A stretch of 64,000 nucleotides of DNA from a phage. This document shows positions 42,387 to 52,122 of the stretch, piece after piece. Under the pieces are notes generated by a model. That model was given only the letters and a program-made list of their open reading frames with translations, was not told where the DNA came from and made no database searches. Position 1 is the first letter of the stretch, and each line of letters opens with the position of its first letter. Where the stretch lies: sequence record PZ154897.1; one strand, given 5' to 3'. The translations under genes were made by a program, and so were the position numbers.

Positions 42387-44203
42387 TGGCTCATCCATTC
42401 TTTACGAAGGTCAGCATTATCTCCCATGAGCATTTCAAAAAGCTCTTTCCAGTTCTCAGGAAGTTTAACAACATCATAAACTGGGTTTTGAATCATCTCA
42501 CGATATTCAGATTTTTCCAAAGAGCCAAGTCCCTTAATATAACGGATGCTATGTTTAGGTAGAGCATCTTTGGCACTCTCATATTCAGCGACTGTATAAA
42601 ACCATTCTTGTTTTTTACCGACCTGAGCGATGATTACAGGAGTTTTGACAAAGCGAATTCTTCCTTGTTCAAACAGTTCTGGCCAATTACTAAAAAATCC
42701 GAGCAGAGAAGGATAAATGCTTCCTAGACCATCATGGTCAGCATCGGTCATAATTGCAATATTATGATAATTCAAGTTTTCGGCTTTTTCACCAAGAACT
42801 AATCCAGTGATTGCGCAAATATCAAACAGTTCTTTGTTTTTAAGCATATCAGCATATGACATACCCCAACTGTTGAGAACTTTACCACGTAATGGATAAC
42901 CACCATGAAGTTCTTTATCACGAACATCAATAAGATATCCAATAGCAGAATCACCCTCAGTCAAGAAAAGAGTAGTATCAGCATCTTTACCACAAAGATT
43001 CGCTTTAATATGTTTATGAACCTTAGCTTTAGAAGCCTTTTTAGCTGCTTTAGTTTCTGCTGCTTTTTCTGCCGCCAATTTACGAGCAAGGGCAGCTTCA
43101 ATGATTGGCATTAAAATTGCTTCATTATTTAAAATAGCACGTGAAATCTTTTTAGCATCAAGCTGAATATGACTACGGATTTCACCAAATGGAGAAGTAA
43201 GTCGTTCTTTAGTTTGAGAATCAAATCGCATGTTTTTCATATCACGGACAAACATAACGATAGTCAAACATTCTTTGACACGTGCTTTAGTTACATCAAT
43301 TTTGAATTTACGTTTGATTTGTGGAATAAGGTCTTCACAAATATCATCCATAACGCAGTCAATGTGATGGCCACCATTCTTAGTATGAATGTTATTGACG
43401 TATGTTAATTGACGAAAACCATCCGGTGAACGACCAACAGCAATAGAACAATTTTCTTGTTCTTGAACGATAGCATGTTCATCATACTGTCGTGCATATT
43501 TCTTAAAATTACCCTGAACCTTTTTACCATTAAAGGTAAATTGAATATCAGGATAAACTACTGCAAGTGTCTGGAGACGATCCAGTGTAATGTCAAGATA
43601 AACTTGAGATAGCTCATTAGTTTCAAATGACATAAAATCAGGAATGAAAGTAACGCGAGTTCCTTTCCATTTTCCAGGAATAGTTTCCCACGATTTATTT
43701 TCCATGCCATTTGAACAACGAACTACAATATTATTTTGACCATCGCCGGTTTCACCGACAAACATCACAGAAAAAATATTAGTTAAACTAGAACCAACAC
43801 CATTCATACCACCAGTGACGCGTTCTTTATCATCACCGAAGTTACCACCTGCTTTTGGAATAGTCCATGCAGCAACTGGACCAGGAATTTCTTCACCGGT
43901 AGGTGTTTTAACCATCGCCTGTGGAATACCGCGACCGTTATCTTCAACTGTTACTTGATTGTTTTTAATAGTAACATTAATTTTATTTGCGAATTTAAAC
44001 TTAGTACGAATACCTTCATCTACTGAGTTATCGATAATTTCATCAATAAGCTTAACAAGACCAGGTACATACTGAACACTTTCCCATTTACCAAACAGAA
44101 AGCGCTCATGCATTTCATTAGCTGAAGAGCCAATGTACATGCCGCTACGCTTTTTGATATGTTCAATATCGCTCAGAATTTTAATTTCATTCTTAATCAT
44201 CAC
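42383..44203 (-). CDS. 39: DNA topoisomerase II large subunit gp39, unsplit (606 aa)
   Basis: GHKL ATPase plus Toprim in one continuous ORF. Confidence 0.95.
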   Translation of the reverse strand: MMIKNEIKILSDIEHIKKRSGMYIGSSANEMHERFLFGKWESVQYVPGLVKLIDEIIDNSVDEGIRTKFKFANKINVTIKNNQVTVEDNGRGIPQAMVKTPTGEEIPGPVAAWTIPKAGGNFGDDKERVTGGMNGVGSSLTNIFSVMFVGETGDGQNNIVVRCSNGMENKSWETIPGKWKGTRVTFIPDFMSFETNELSQVYLDITLDRLQTLAVVYPDIQFTFNGKKVQGNFKKYARQYDEHAIVQEQENCSIAVGRSPDGFRQLTYVNNIHTKNGGHHIDCVMDDICEDLIPQIKRKFKIDVTKARVKECLTIVMFVRDMKNMRFDSQTKERLTSPFGEIRSHIQLDAKKISRAILNNEAILMPIIEAALARKLAAEKAAETKAAKKASKAKVHKHIKANLCGKDADTTLFLTEGDSAIGYLIDVRDKELHGGYPLRGKVLNSWGMSYADMLKNKELFDICAITGLVLGEKAENLNYHNIAIMTDADHDGLGSIYPSLLGFFSNWPELFEQGRIRFVKTPVIIAQVGKKQEWFYTVAEYESAKDALPKHSIRYIKGLGSLEKSEYREMIQNPVYDVVKLPENWKELFEMLMGDNADLRKEWMSQ

Positions 44204-44225
44204 TTATCCTCGTTTGGTTTCGGGA

Positions 44226-44254
44226 ATATTATACTCCAGTAATCATAAAGCTAA
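44226..44254 (-). promoter_or_regulatory. candidate MotA-box middle promoter for gene 39
   Basis: minus strand tAGCTTTAtgattactggagTATAAT. Confidence 0.4.
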
Positions 44255-44270
44255 AGGCCCGAAGGCCTTT
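44253..44270 (-). other. intercistronic C(UUCG)G hairpin
   Basis: AAAGGCC-UUCG-GGCCUUU. Confidence 0.5.
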
Positions 44271-44530
44271 TATTTAAAACGAATAGTCGAATCCTTGAAG
44301 AATAGTCCAGAACATACTGTTCCTTCTACTTTCTGCCCAGTAGGTCCAATAGCACGAAATCCAGTATGTTGGAAATCATTTTCAGAGCAACCGAACCAAT
44401 TATATCCAGTGATTTCAATATTAGTAAAACCACTTGAAGACAAAACTTTAGTTGCATTATCAGCATCAGTACATCCTACTAAAGACACTGCTAATACTAA
44501 TGCTGCAATAGAACGATTAATATATTTCAT
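44270..44530 (-). CDS. putative lipoprotein (86 aa)
   Basis: signal peptide with lipobox LVGCT. Confidence 0.5.
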   Translation of the reverse strand: MKYINRSIAALVLAVSLVGCTDADNATKVLSSSGFTNIEITGYNWFGCSENDFQHTGFRAIGPTGQKVEGTVCSGLFFKDSTIRFK

Positions 44531-44532
44531 AA

Positions 44533-44709
44533 TTACCCTTTAAGCAAGTCGTAAAATCCACCATTCACATGCTTAGGAGCGGAAACTAACCGAATAGCAA
44601 TCCGATGACAATCAGGACATACATCAGTATCCCTTTCAGAAATTTTCTTGATTTTTTCGTATTCTTTTGCACAGTCTTTGGATTGACATTTATAATCATA
44701 AAGCGGCAT
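44533..44709 (-). CDS. zinc-ribbon protein (58 aa, CxxC...CxxC)
   Basis: YDYKCQSKDC...CPDCH; AAGGAA SD. Confidence 0.5.
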   Translation of the reverse strand: MPLYDYKCQSKDCAKEYEKIKKISERDTDVCPDCHRIAIRLVSAPKHVNGGFYDLLKG

Positions 44710-44711
44710 AA

Positions 44712-45137
44712 TTATTCCTTAAAGTGAGCTTTCAACATCTGATACAAGGACCATGCTTGTTCATTATTTTCAATAGTAACTTTCATTACCGGGAATTCTG
44801 TGAAATCTTCTATTTGTTCTTGCTCTTTCTCTTCCTGCTCTTGCTCTTCAGCTGCCTGGTATGGATTTTCAACTTCATCAAAGAATTCAGCTTCGCTCGC
44901 TGAAAGCCAGATAAAATCTTCATCCAAAATATCTTTACCAGAAGATAACGCCAATTTTCCACTAGATGTCACAAGTTTAGTAGGACGACCAAGATAGTCA
45001 ATATCTGTAACTCTAAAAGGTTCCATACCTAAACGTCGTGCATAAATTCCGTTTTCAGTATGATATTTAATAAATTTTTCTTGAGCTTGTTTATTTTTAA
45101 ATTGATACCATTTATTAACTTCAAATTTAATAGCCAT
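44712..45137 (-). CDS. hypothetical protein (141 aa), goF-like by size and position
   Basis: same length as T4 goF; acidic [11 protein letters not shown] tract. Confidence 0.35.
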   Translation of the reverse strand: MAIKFEVNKWYQFKNKQAQEKFIKYHTENGIYARRLGMEPFRVTDIDYLGRPTKLVTSSGKLALSSGKDILDEDFIWLSASEAEFFDEVENPYQAAEEQEQEEKEQEQIEDFTEFPVMKVTIENNEQAWSLYQMLKAHFKE

Positions 45138-45352
45138 TAATAAATTTCCTTCCAGTAAGTTGTACCGTCTTCAGTGATTTCACGAAATACGCCATAAATT
45201 GGTTGTTTATCACCGACTTTCTCATACACATAAACAGAAGTCAAGTGAGTAAACTTGCTAGTATGTTCCTTTTGAACTACTACCAAATTTGGATCAAATA
45301 ATACATCTTCAAATTCATCATTAGTGCAATTCTGAACAATTTTACGTTTCAT
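45137..45352 (-). CDS. hypothetical protein (71 aa), cef-like by size and position
   Basis: 71 aa. Confidence 0.35.
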   Translation of the reverse strand: MKRKIVQNCTNDEFEDVLFDPNLVVVQKEHTSKFTHLTSVYVYEKVGDKQPIYGVFREITEDGTTYWKEIY

Positions 45353-45523
45353 TACAATTTCCTCATTAATTGAACATTGGAGCGATGCGTTTCAGAAGAG
45401 TATCAGCACCTTTAACGAATTATCCATTTTATTCTCCAAGTTGTTTTCTGTATCAGTAGTTGATATTGATATAGTACCATAATCAACTACTGATGTATAT
45501 AGTTTTATGAAAAATTTTAAACT

Positions 45524-46021
45524 TTATGCACAGCGAGCTTTGCTATAGTGTTTAATCCAACTTTCAGGAATGGCTTTGTATGTTCCTAAAAATACCGCAT
45601 TGTACAACTTAACGCCATCTTCTACCCACTGATCGGTAATGTATGCGCACATAGCACGAGTACGGTGTTTTTGAACAACCCCTTCCTCATCTTCAGTAAA
45701 TTCGAATTCATAAGGAGCAATGAACTTAATAGCTTGACCGAGTTTCCACTTAAAGTCTACACCTACATGCGAAGTATCAATCGTTTCAATTCCTTTAGCG
45801 GGAACAGCTTTCAAAAACGCAGATTCAAGAAATTTCGCACGAACATAGCCAAACTGAGGTTTAGACTTTCCATCTTTAGGAATGATACGCACTTTTACTT
45901 CAGAATCTTCATCTTTAACACCATGTTTAAGCTGAATGCTTACAATTTCGACCAATTTTCCTGCTGCTTTAGAACGGGATTTATCAGATACACGAGCAAT
46001 TTCACCAATATTAATAATCAT
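45524..46021 (-). CDS. hypothetical protein (165 aa), motB-like by position
   Basis: C-terminal motif TDQWVEDGVKL shared with next ORF. Confidence 0.4.
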   Translation of the reverse strand: MIINIGEIARVSDKSRSKAAGKLVEIVSIQLKHGVKDEDSEVKVRIIPKDGKSKPQFGYVRAKFLESAFLKAVPAKGIETIDTSHVGVDFKWKLGQAIKFIAPYEFEFTEDEEGVVQKHRTRAMCAYITDQWVEDGVKLYNAVFLGTYKAIPESWIKHYSKARCA

Positions 46022-46061
46022 AGTTATCTCTCACTTGTTAAAAAGATTTTATACTCCACAG

Positions 46062-46097
46062 GACCATTATACTCTGGCCCCAAGAGTTTGTAAACTA
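46062..46097 (-). promoter_or_regulatory. T4-type early promoter
   Basis: revcomp of 46090-46095 is GTTTAC; -10 TATAAT. Confidence 0.55.
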
Positions 46098-46640
46098 TTA
46101 ATTCAAAATAGCTACCACTGCACTACGAGGTACTACACTAAAATCACCTGCATGAACAACATTCAGAAGTTCAACGCCATCTTCAATCCACTGGTCTGTT
46201 ACCCAACCACAGACCGAAACAAATGGGGTCTTAATAGCTACAGCACGAGTTAGAAGGTCAGTAGGGTCTTGTTCTTCAACTTCTTGGAACAGGATGAACC
46301 CTTCTTCATAAACCAGGATTTTCTCTATTTTGTTATTGTCTAAACGACGACCGTGGACAATATAAGATTTAGTAAACCATTTACTTTTTTCAAAGTCTTC
46401 AACAATAAATTCGCCTTCGCCAAAAACAACAGTCAGAGTTTTATGGCCGGAAATCAAGGCATTAGTTTTAATTTTAGGTTCAACCAGTTTGTAAGTTTTG
46501 CCGATTTCAATAGCGGTAGTCATAGTAGGTTCCTTAATTTCCAGCGGTTTAACAGGGCATACATAAGTGCTTACAACATCAAAATCAATCAGTTTAGCTA
46601 CCGGATTTGGAGTGTATTCAGGATTATAATTAAATTTCAT
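46098..46640 (-). CDS. hypothetical protein (180 aa), paralog of 45524..46021
   Basis: shares TDQWIEDGVEL motif. Confidence 0.45.
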   Translation of the reverse strand: MKFNYNPEYTPNPVAKLIDFDVVSTYVCPVKPLEIKEPTMTTAIEIGKTYKLVEPKIKTNALISGHKTLTVVFGEGEFIVEDFEKSKWFTKSYIVHGRRLDNNKIEKILVYEEGFILFQEVEEQDPTDLLTRAVAIKTPFVSVCGWVTDQWIEDGVELLNVVHAGDFSVVPRSAVVAILN

Positions 46641-46642
46641 AA

Positions 46643-47182
46643 TTATCTCATTTCAATAAAATCTACGAGTTCAGCATGCGATTTGCGGAACATTACTTGG
46701 CGTCCGCCAATGATAACTTGGTCATCTGGCACTTCGTATACAGCAAGATAAAATCCCTTAGAAGATAATTCTTCACGCTCTTCTCGTGTGAACCATCTCA
46801 TCATATCATATTCGCTAGCGAAAGCAAAATGATAAAGACCTATAAACCATCCTGGAATATGATATTCTACTCCAACATAATCTTTCTTGAACTTAGTATT
46901 AATTACGATATTAGCATTTTTAACTAATAATTTGTCTTCATGTGGAAGAGGAATTCTTTTATTATCATTACTATGATGCATAAAATTAGGTCTGTCATAA
47001 CCTACGTGTAATAACCACTCTTCGCTCCATGAATCTATTATACTCCTGTATGGCGTTATTTGACCACAAAGATTTCGACGTATTGTTATAGCATCTTCAT
47101 TATTAAGAATACTAAAAGATGATTCAACACGATAAATTTTCATTTTATTATCCTCAGTAGCTATGGTGTTATAATACCACAA
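46643..47182 (-). CDS. hypothetical protein (179 aa)
   Basis: ORF in array. Confidence 0.45.
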   Translation of the reverse strand: MWYYNTIATEDNKMKIYRVESSFSILNNEDAITIRRNLCGQITPYRSIIDSWSEEWLLHVGYDRPNFMHHSNDNKRIPLPHEDKLLVKNANIVINTKFKKDYVGVEYHIPGWFIGLYHFAFASEYDMMRWFTREEREELSSKGFYLAVYEVPDDQVIIGGRQVMFRKSHAELVDFIEMR

Positions 47183-47202
47183 CTAACCGAGGAAGTAAAC
47201 AA
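47165..47202 (-). promoter_or_regulatory. T4-type early promoter
   Basis: revcomp of 47195-47200 is GTTTAC; -10 GGTATTAT. Confidence 0.55.
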
Positions 47203-47206
47203 CTTT

Positions 47207-47890
47207 TTATCGTTTTGTTGGAAGAGATAGAGGATCGCAATCTTCCTCTGATGGAGCATCTTCAAGACCCATAGCGTATCGCAAAGCATACTTCATCATC
47301 AGGATGTCTTTCGCACAGTCATGAATAGAATTATGCGCAACAAATCCATCTAAAGTTCCCTTTGGAAGGGGACACGTTGTCATATCACGAACAAGTAGAA
47401 GTGCTTCAATTCTGGTACGAATATCACGCTGATTCCAGAATTTACATGGTTCTAACTTAAATGTGTCAAGTTCATTCTCAGAAACGCCATTAAGACGTTG
47501 AATATCGCGAATGAGATCGACTAAAATTGGAAAATCAAACGACATTCCACGGCACCAGCCTTGAGATTTCCAAGGATCGATGTTATGTGCATTGATGTAA
47601 TCATTAAATTTTACAATACCATCGATAGTGCTTACATCTTCATCTGATGGCGCAATATTTTTTCGAGCTTCAGGAGACTGATTTTTCCACCATTCGATAG
47701 TGCTTTTAGTAAAAAGACGATGTCCTTTTTGGCTTTTTAAATCAAATTTGATTTTAATGCCACGTGAAACTAATTCATCAAATGTTTCAACTACTTCTGG
47801 GTTAGGGTCAAAGGCAATAACAGCCAAATCAATAACAGCTGCCTTTTCACCGCTTCCCATTGTTTCAAAATCTATAATAAAATCAAACAT
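47207..47890 (-). CDS. dexA: exonuclease A, DEDDh 3'-5' exonuclease (227 aa from ATG 47890)
   Basis: Exo I motif FDFIIDFETMG and Exo III motif HNSIHDCAKD. Confidence 0.75.
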   Translation of the reverse strand: MFDFIIDFETMGSGEKAAVIDLAVIAFDPNPEVVETFDELVSRGIKIKFDLKSQKGHRLFTKSTIEWWKNQSPEARKNIAPSDEDVSTIDGIVKFNDYINAHNIDPWKSQGWCRGMSFDFPILVDLIRDIQRLNGVSENELDTFKLEPCKFWNQRDIRTRIEALLLVRDMTTCPLPKGTLDGFVAHNSIHDCAKDILMMKYALRYAMGLEDAPSEEDCDPLSLPTKR

Positions 47891-48128
47891 TAATAATCGC
47901 CTTATAAAGATTGCTAATTTCACCTAAAATGTAATCACTGATTGTAACAGTTTTCACTTCACCACAAAAGAATTCTAACGCAATCAAATCTCGTTCAATT
48001 TCTTCTAGTTGAAGCATTAACTTGCCTGATTTAATTTTTACATTTGTACAATTTTTACTATAAGCTATTTCATAAATTTCGCTCACTTTATCTTGGAGCA
48101 GATAAAACTGATCTTTAGTTATTTCCAC
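47883..48128 (-). CDS. hypothetical protein (81 aa)
   Basis: ORF in array. Confidence 0.4.
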   Translation of the reverse strand: MEITKDQFYLLQDKVSEIYEIAYSKNCTNVKIKSGKLMLQLEEIERDLIALEFFCGEVKTVTISDYILGEISNLYKAIINV

Positions 48129-48149
48129 GAATAGCTTCCTTAAATTTAA

Positions 48150-49469
48150 TCATACATAAAACACATCATAACGACCACGAGTGACACCAACATAAAGAAG
48201 CTGCTGAGCTAGTTCAGCATCTGCATAATGAATACAAGGCGTATAGATGAAAGCACGATCTACAGACATGCCCTGAGCTTTGTGGAATGTTGATGCAGGA
48301 AGTGCTTTCACTTTACTAAACTGTGATTTAGCATCCCAAAAATCACTCCACGGAGCTTTTCCGCCTTTATTCCAATTTTTATAAGTTTCTGCCGTTTTAC
48401 CTAAAAATAAGTTAAACTTATACAGCTCTTCATCAGATGAAATTATTTTAATCTTTTCACGATAATATTCATCATCGCCGTAAGTTTCTACTGTTAAATC
48501 CCAATGACGAATTAGATATTCTCCAGAAACACCGCGAGCTTTAACAAATGTTGATGTATACTCTGCTTCTATAATACGAACTAATTGTCCGTTATTAAAA
48601 ATAATTTCTGACACAGGCTTTCCATCAATTTTATATGTTTTAATTAACGGTTCCTGCATTACAATAATTTCACCGACAATAAAATCTTTATCAGTTTCAA
48701 AAATCTTTTTACGAATAATGCTATTTAACTTATCAACAGATTTATTCGTAAATGCCATTACACGATTTTCAAACAAATCATCTAAAGATTTGACGATTGA
48801 AAAATAATTTACCATAAAATCGCGTAAAGCGGTATCACCAGTAAATCCACGTACTCCATGTCCGTCAACAATTTTATCATAAATCCACTTACCGTTACGA
48901 ACATCAGTAGCTACATCAATAATAGGAGCATTACTGCGTTTAACTTCAGTAAGTTCACACTGATAAAAATCTTTGTGTGTAAAGAATGGACTGATATAAG
49001 CAGTATTTTCTCCTGGGTCAACAGGTCTAATTTGCTTATTATCGCCTATTCCAATTATAGTACACCACGGCGGGATAGTTGAAAGCAGAATTTTAAATAG
49101 CTTTCTATCATACATTGACACTTCGTCGCAGATTAATACCCTGCATTTAGCTAAATCTGGTACTTCCTTCTGTTCAAAAAGAACGTTTTCTTCATACGTA
49201 ACTGGGTTAATTTTAAGAATACTATGAATAGTACTTGCTTCTTTCCCCGACAGTTTTGAAAGAATCTTTTTAGCTGCATGTGTAGGAGCTGCTAAAATAA
49301 TACCAGTTTCACCCGTAGATATTAAAGCTTCAATGATGAACTTAGTAAGAGTAGTCTTACCAGTACCAGCAGGTCCATTAATAGTTACATGATGTTTCTT
49401 TTCTTTAATAGCCCTCATAACAATGTTAAAGGCATTTTTCTGGCCTTCGGTCAAATCATCAAATGTCAT
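48150..49469 (-). CDS. dda: Dda DNA helicase (439 aa)
   Basis: MTFDDLTEGQKNAFNIVM..., Walker A GPAGTGKTT; matches T4 Dda. Confidence 0.97.
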   Translation of the reverse strand: MTFDDLTEGQKNAFNIVMRAIKEKKHHVTINGPAGTGKTTLTKFIIEALISTGETGIILAAPTHAAKKILSKLSGKEASTIHSILKINPVTYEENVLFEQKEVPDLAKCRVLICDEVSMYDRKLFKILLSTIPPWCTIIGIGDNKQIRPVDPGENTAYISPFFTHKDFYQCELTEVKRSNAPIIDVATDVRNGKWIYDKIVDGHGVRGFTGDTALRDFMVNYFSIVKSLDDLFENRVMAFTNKSVDKLNSIIRKKIFETDKDFIVGEIIVMQEPLIKTYKIDGKPVSEIIFNNGQLVRIIEAEYTSTFVKARGVSGEYLIRHWDLTVETYGDDEYYREKIKIISSDEELYKFNLFLGKTAETYKNWNKGGKAPWSDFWDAKSQFSKVKALPASTFHKAQGMSVDRAFIYTPCIHYADAELAQQLLYVGVTRGRYDVFYV

Positions 49470-49777
49470 CGTAAATTCCCTGCAATTGGTATACTAACAA
49501 TACGCCCAGTATCTAAAATTCGCTGATATAATCTTTGTGTGTCTACATCAGGCTTAACATGTTTAACTTCTATTTTATTAAACCAAAATTTACGTGGAGT
49601 CTCAACTAATCTTGGAATTCCCTTGCCTAAAGCTAGTTGATACTGCTCTTTAAGAGTGGTAAATACTTTGTCAGCAATATTCCATTCAAAAAATACAGCA
49701 GGACGATGTTCATCAAGTGGAACTGGCGCCGTAAATCCGTCTTTGTCTCGGTAAACTATCGCATATACATAAACCAT
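49466..49777 (-). CDS. hypothetical protein (103 aa)
   Basis: ORF in array. Confidence 0.45.
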   Translation of the reverse strand: MVYVYAIVYRDKDGFTAPVPLDEHRPAVFFEWNIADKVFTTLKEQYQLALGKGIPRLVETPRKFWFNKIEVKHVKPDVDTQRLYQRILDTGRIVSIPIAGNLR

Positions 49778-49778
49778 A

Positions 49779-50525
49779 TTATCCTCGGATAAGTTTAAAA
49801 ATTGAACAATTCAGCGGGTATCCTCTTTTCAGTTTAAGTTTATCAATAAAAGACAAATTTTGATACCGCTCTACACCTTGAATAATTTTATCACACATAT
49901 CATATTGCATTTCTGCTTCTGACAGCTTTTTCACAGTTTTCCAATCCGAGCCTTTAAGAAGAACGTTCAATTTAACAACTTCAGCGCCTTCTGCTATACG
50001 AGAACCATCAATACGAGCTTTGAGTGCTACAATCGTTAGCTTAACGTCAGAAGTTTGTTTTGATTTAGAAAGCTGAGAAATGTGTTCAATTCGGTTTTCA
50101 CGTTTTTTCTGTATAGCTTTAATTTGATTATAAGTCTTTTTGATTTTAGCCCATTTCTTTTCATCTAAATTTAGTTTATGAACTTTTTTCGCAGATGAAC
50201 GACCAATTCGCAAAGCAAATAAATCACGCTTTTCAATCAACTCTTCTAAAGTATAATCAGAACGAAATGTATTATACTTTTTCTTTACTGCAATAACATT
50301 CCCTTTAATGTATCCAACATTATTATCAAAACGTTCTAATGATAATTTCTCTCCTTCAATACGATTATCAAAAGGTTCTCCTGAGTAAGCGCAAACTTTC
50401 TGATCTAAAATGTTCTTAATGTAATTGAAGTCTAAGTTAAAATCTTTAGAACGTCTTTTAGCAGATGCCTGAGTATGCTCTAAACGACGTGTAATTTTAC
50501 GAATTTGATTTTTAGACAGTTTCAT
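49779..50525 (-). CDS. hypothetical basic protein (248 aa), Srd-like by position
   Basis: position between dda.1 and modA. Confidence 0.4.
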   Translation of the reverse strand: MKLSKNQIRKITRRLEHTQASAKRRSKDFNLDFNYIKNILDQKVCAYSGEPFDNRIEGEKLSLERFDNNVGYIKGNVIAVKKKYNTFRSDYTLEELIEKRDLFALRIGRSSAKKVHKLNLDEKKWAKIKKTYNQIKAIQKKRENRIEHISQLSKSKQTSDVKLTIVALKARIDGSRIAEGAEVVKLNVLLKGSDWKTVKKLSEAEMQYDMCDKIIQGVERYQNLSFIDKLKLKRGYPLNCSIFKLIRG

Positions 50526-50549
50526 ATTTTTCTCACGGACGGGTTAACT

Positions 50550-50587
50550 ACTTATACTATAACATTTTTACTTCAGCTTGTAAACAA
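50550..50587 (-). promoter_or_regulatory. T4-type early promoter
   Basis: revcomp of 50580-50585 is GTTTAC; -10 TATAGTATAAG. Confidence 0.55.
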
Positions 50588-50596
50588 CTTTATGAA

Positions 50597-50624
50597 AAAT
50601 GCTTTAAAACTTTCATGGTATAAT
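50597..50624 (+). promoter_or_regulatory. MotA-type middle promoter motif on plus strand (aaaaaTGCTTTA, 12 nt, TGgTATAAT)
   Basis: consensus MotA box 50600-50606, spacer 12, extended -10 at 50616-50624; points antisense into modA. Confidence 0.45.
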
Positions 50625-50641
50625 GAATCTAAGTCCTTCCA

Positions 50642-51244
50642 TTATAGATTAAATCCTTCAAAGTCAAGAGTATAGATAGTGTACGTTGAATACTTTTTAT
50701 ACTCATATCTATCTGCAATTCTAAATACACTTCCAGCTGGTATCATTACTTCTTGTTCATCTGAAACTAATTCCATATTACGATAACGATGGCTATCTGG
50801 AAACTTAAAACTCGGACTATATTCTTTACAACGTAGAGCTTTTATAGCATACTCCTGAAAATTAAATACCATAGGAGCTTTGAATTCAAAAATAACCTGT
50901 GTGTTATACTCTAAACCGGAAGCAAAATGTAGAGCTATATTTTTATCATATGAAGCTGATACTACTTTATCAAATGTAATAATATCAATTCCTTGATTTA
51001 ATATTTGTTTAGTCTCAACTGGAACACCTCTCCAAAGAGGTTTATCGTTTGGAACCAAACGAGATTTGATTATTTCATTTAACCAAGTATGGTCATCTGG
51101 CTTATTAGTAATACAATGAATTAAAAGTTCAATTTCAGATAAATTAAACCCTTCAGAAAGTAATTCTTCACGAATAGAAGCACGCACCGATGCATCCATT
51201 GATTTTATTTTAAAATCTTTTAGTTGCATTACTGAGTATTTCAT
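50642..51244 (-). CDS. modA: ADP-ribosyltransferase ModA-like (200 aa)
   Basis: 200 aa, tandem with paralog; size and position match T4 ModA. Confidence 0.55.
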   Translation of the reverse strand: MKYSVMQLKDFKIKSMDASVRASIREELLSEGFNLSEIELLIHCITNKPDDHTWLNEIIKSRLVPNDKPLWRGVPVETKQILNQGIDIITFDKVVSASYDKNIALHFASGLEYNTQVIFEFKAPMVFNFQEYAIKALRCKEYSPSFKFPDSHRYRNMELVSDEQEVMIPAGSVFRIADRYEYKKYSTYTIYTLDFEGFNL

Positions 51245-51864
51245 TCAACTACCTCAATATCATACACTTTAAATGTTCCAAATGAATCGTGTAATTTTTC
51301 TTTTGAAATAGAAGTTATTTTATACTTTCCAATTGGAATCATCCATTCTTGTTCACGCACAATCATCATTAAGTTATCAGTGCGTTCTGAATCTAATCCA
51401 TCAGTATCTTCATATGTGTACTTAAATTCAGTATTAGGAGAAGAAAGTATAATATCGCTGATATGGTCAGAGTAATTAAAAGCTTTATCAGTTTTTAAGC
51501 GAAATATTATTTCAGTGAAATACTCAACATAAGAAAAACCGCACGCTGTGTGCAAACTAGTAGTAAATGAATCTACTCTGTTCGTTGAAAACACTTCTTC
51601 AACTTGTAAATCTTTAATGAGTTCTTTTGTCGATTTTGATATACCACGATATAGCTGATAAGGTGATTTAGTTAAATGCTTTTTGACGATTTTATTCAAC
51701 TGCCGATGAAGAGCTTCATTCTTTTTGGCTTCCATACATTGCCAAAGAACTGACTGTTCAAAGTCAGTAAATTTTTCACAGACCTTTTTATACATATCAT
51801 ATTGAAAATCAACGCTTTCAGCTTTTATAGATAACTGTTCAACATCTGCAAGATTAATAATCAT
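51241..51864 (-). CDS. modB: ADP-ribosyltransferase ModB-like (207 aa from ATG 51864)
   Basis: paralog of upstream ORF; size matches T4 ModB. Confidence 0.55.
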   Translation of the reverse strand: MIINLADVEQLSIKAESVDFQYDMYKKVCEKFTDFEQSVLWQCMEAKKNEALHRQLNKIVKKHLTKSPYQLYRGISKSTKELIKDLQVEEVFSTNRVDSFTTSLHTACGFSYVEYFTEIIFRLKTDKAFNYSDHISDIILSSPNTEFKYTYEDTDGLDSERTDNLMMIVREQEWMIPIGKYKITSISKEKLHDSFGTFKVYDIEVVE

Positions 51865-51886
51865 GATAGCCTCCATATACTTCAGA

Positions 51887-51922
51887 AGCTATCATATCAT
51901 TGTTAGGAAGGAAAGTAAACAA
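51887..51922 (-). promoter_or_regulatory. T4-type early promoter
   Basis: revcomp of 51915-51920 is GTTTAC. Confidence 0.5.
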
Positions 51923-51931
51923 CTTTTTGAA

Positions 51932-52114
51932 TTATTTTGCCCAGGGAGCCCAGGGCGGAGGGTCAAGATGGTATGAAGCTAGTTCTTCTAGAAGAGCATC
52001 TGGGGCTTCAATTCCATAATTCTGTAATACTATACGGTACTCTTTCTTATAATCACTGGAATCATTCTGGATATTCGTAGAATGATTATCTTCTAACATC
52101 TCAAATAAATCCAT
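51932..52114 (-). CDS. hypothetical protein (60 aa)
   Basis: ORF in array. Confidence 0.4.
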   Translation of the reverse strand: MDLFEMLEDNHSTNIQNDSSDYKKEYRIVLQNYGIEAPDALLEELASYHLDPPPWAPWAK

Positions 52115-52122
52115 ATTAATTC

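Noticed and set aside
45665-46751. Several 100-140-aa plus-strand ORFs (45665-46093, 45936-46253, 46353-46751)
   Set aside because: All antisense to the co-directional minus-strand gene array; low-complexity composition.
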